Below are positions 62,220 through 64,000 of a stretch of DNA of 64,000 nucleotides, piece after piece. The notes beneath the pieces are model-generated. The model saw nothing but the letters and a program-made list of their open reading frames with translations, ran no database searches and had not been told where the DNA came from. Origin of the DNA: the human T2T-CHM13v2.0 reference genome, Homo sapiens; NCBI RefSeq assembly GCF_009914755.1, contig NC_060925.1; one strand, written 5' to 3'. The stretch's first letter is position 1, and every line of letters begins with the position of its first letter. The position numbers and the translations under genes are program-made.

Positions 62220-63686
62220 GGCCAGGCGTGGTGGCTTATGCCTATAATCCCAGCACTTTGGGAAGCCGAGGCGGGTGGATCACGAGGTCAAGAGATCAAG
62301 ACCATCCTGGCCAACATGGTGAAACCACATCTCTACTAAAAATACAAAAATTAGCTGGGCATGGTGGTGCGTCCCTGTAGTCCCAGCTACTCGGGAGGCT
62401 GAGGCAGGAAAATCGCTTGAATCTGGGAGGCAGAGGTTGTAGTAAGACAAGATCACGCTCCAGCGTGCACTCCAGCCTGGCGACAGAGCGAGACTACGTT
62501 TAAAAAAAAAAAAATTCATTTAATTTAAACATCTTAATTAAAAATAGGGAGCATTCAATTAAACATTCACATAATAACTACACAATTATTCTCTTTACTT
62601 CTTTCCTACTTTAAGCCTTGATGCCATCACTACTTCCAGAAAAAAAAATAGTTCCTAAATATCCCACAGAAGAAAACAAGGTAATGTTAATATAAATACT
62701 CTGCCCCTACATTTATGCAGTCTTCCCTCATATTTTTGATAAATTCCACACCCTTCCACCAGAAGTTAAAGAAAGGAGACGTATCCTCCCACTTTCGGAA
62801 ATGCTTTAACCAAAATTAAAGAGAGAATGAACAAGCTATCCGTAGGAACCCATTCATCGATAGAAAGGAAAAACATTTCCTAAGAAATGTCAGAGACAAA
62901 TGACTCTGGATCTAACACCATTTGGGGGGTTTCATACCATTGCTAACACAGAGACATAATATTATTAGATTTATATTAATAAGGCTGAGTGTAGTGGCTC
63001 ATACCTGTAATCCCAGAACTTTGGGAGGCCAAGGCAGGAGGATATCCTGCTTGAGGACAGGAGTTCAAGACCAGCGTGGGCAAAATAGTGAGACCCGATC
63101 TCTACACAAAATAAATAAATAAAATTAGCACAGTGAAAGGATTGCTTGAGCCCAAGAGTTCAAGGCTGCAGTGAACTATGATTGTACCACTGCACACCAG
63201 CCTGGGGAAGAGAGTAAGACCTTGACTCTTAAAAAAAAAAATTGTATTAATACACTACTTCCAGAAATTAAACAAGACATACACAGTATGTGGATATAAA
63301 CAAAGAAAATGATTTCCATGTACAAAACATAAAACTCATAGATTAATAACTCAAGTTTCCTAGTCTATTTTCTTATTTTGTTTCATTAAAAAAAAAATTT
63401 GAGACGGAGTCTCACCCTGTCACCCAGGCTGGAGTGCAGTGGCATGATCTCAGCTCACGGCAACCTCTGCCTCACTGGTTCAAGCAATTCTCCTGCCTCC
63501 GCCTCCTGAGTGGCTAGGATTACAGGCGCCCGCCACCACACTCGGCTAATTTTTGTATTTTTTTTTCAGTAGAGATGAGGTTTCACCATGTTGGCCAGGC
63601 TGGTCTCGAACTCCTGACCTCAAGTGATCCGTCTGCCTCAGCCTCCCAAAGTGCTGGGATTACAGGTGTGAGCCACCATGCCCCGT
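62220..63686. mobile_element. Three Alus: 62220-62514 (+), 62983-63241 (+, internally deleted), 63398-63686 (-)
   Basis: Alu consensus matches. Confidence 0.9.
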
Positions 63687-64000
63687 CTACTTAGAGGTCT
63701 AGTAAACTTAAATCAGTTCTGAAGCTTTTCCAGACAGTAGTAGTAAAATACACTATAAATCAGATTACCTGGTTCTCAATTCAATGTTCTTTTCATTCTG
63801 TCATGCTGCTCTCTAAATTTGAGTGTTCTCTTGACCAGGAATTAAATTATTCTCTATATCTGAGTTGAAACTACTATATCACCAGGAAATAAAAAAGTCT
63901 AACTTCCCAATATTATTCCTAAATTAAATCGTGGTTAGTCAGGATGTTGCTATATACTTTTAATAATAACTGAAAATTGAAGCAGAAAAAACCCCAATTC

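Overview
This is primate (almost certainly human) non-coding genomic DNA, very rich in Alu elements (about 50 copies or fragments) with old L1, L2, MIR, CR1, MER and MLT1 remnants. No protein-coding exon can be supported; the ORF track is essentially Alu-, microsatellite- or GC-derived noise. The one clear gene landmark is a CpG-island promoter (~24.7-25.45 kb) with a non-coding first exon on the minus strand (donor AGG|GTAACG at 24990/24989), so bases 1-24989 are intron 1. A degenerate tRNA-Ala(AGC) lies ~34.7 kb upstream (59960-60030, minus). From memory, not from a search, this arrangement matches OTUD7B (Cezanne) at 1q21.2 and the interval towards VPS45. I found no new protein-coding system. 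The most interesting signals are structural. (i) The tRNA-Ala copy is fused in tandem to a full-length Alu and may be one chimeric retro-insertion. (ii) There are four 130-190 bp local duplications spaced 0.9-2.1 kb apart, plus several complex junctions that look like templated-insertion repair scars, concentrated at 53.7-60 kb. (iii) A 34-bp nested ETS palindrome sits at the TSS, with a uORF in exon 1. (iv) A ~175-bp quasi-palindromic microsatellite has grown out of an Alu tail. Repeat subfamily calls and boundaries were made by eye and are approximate.
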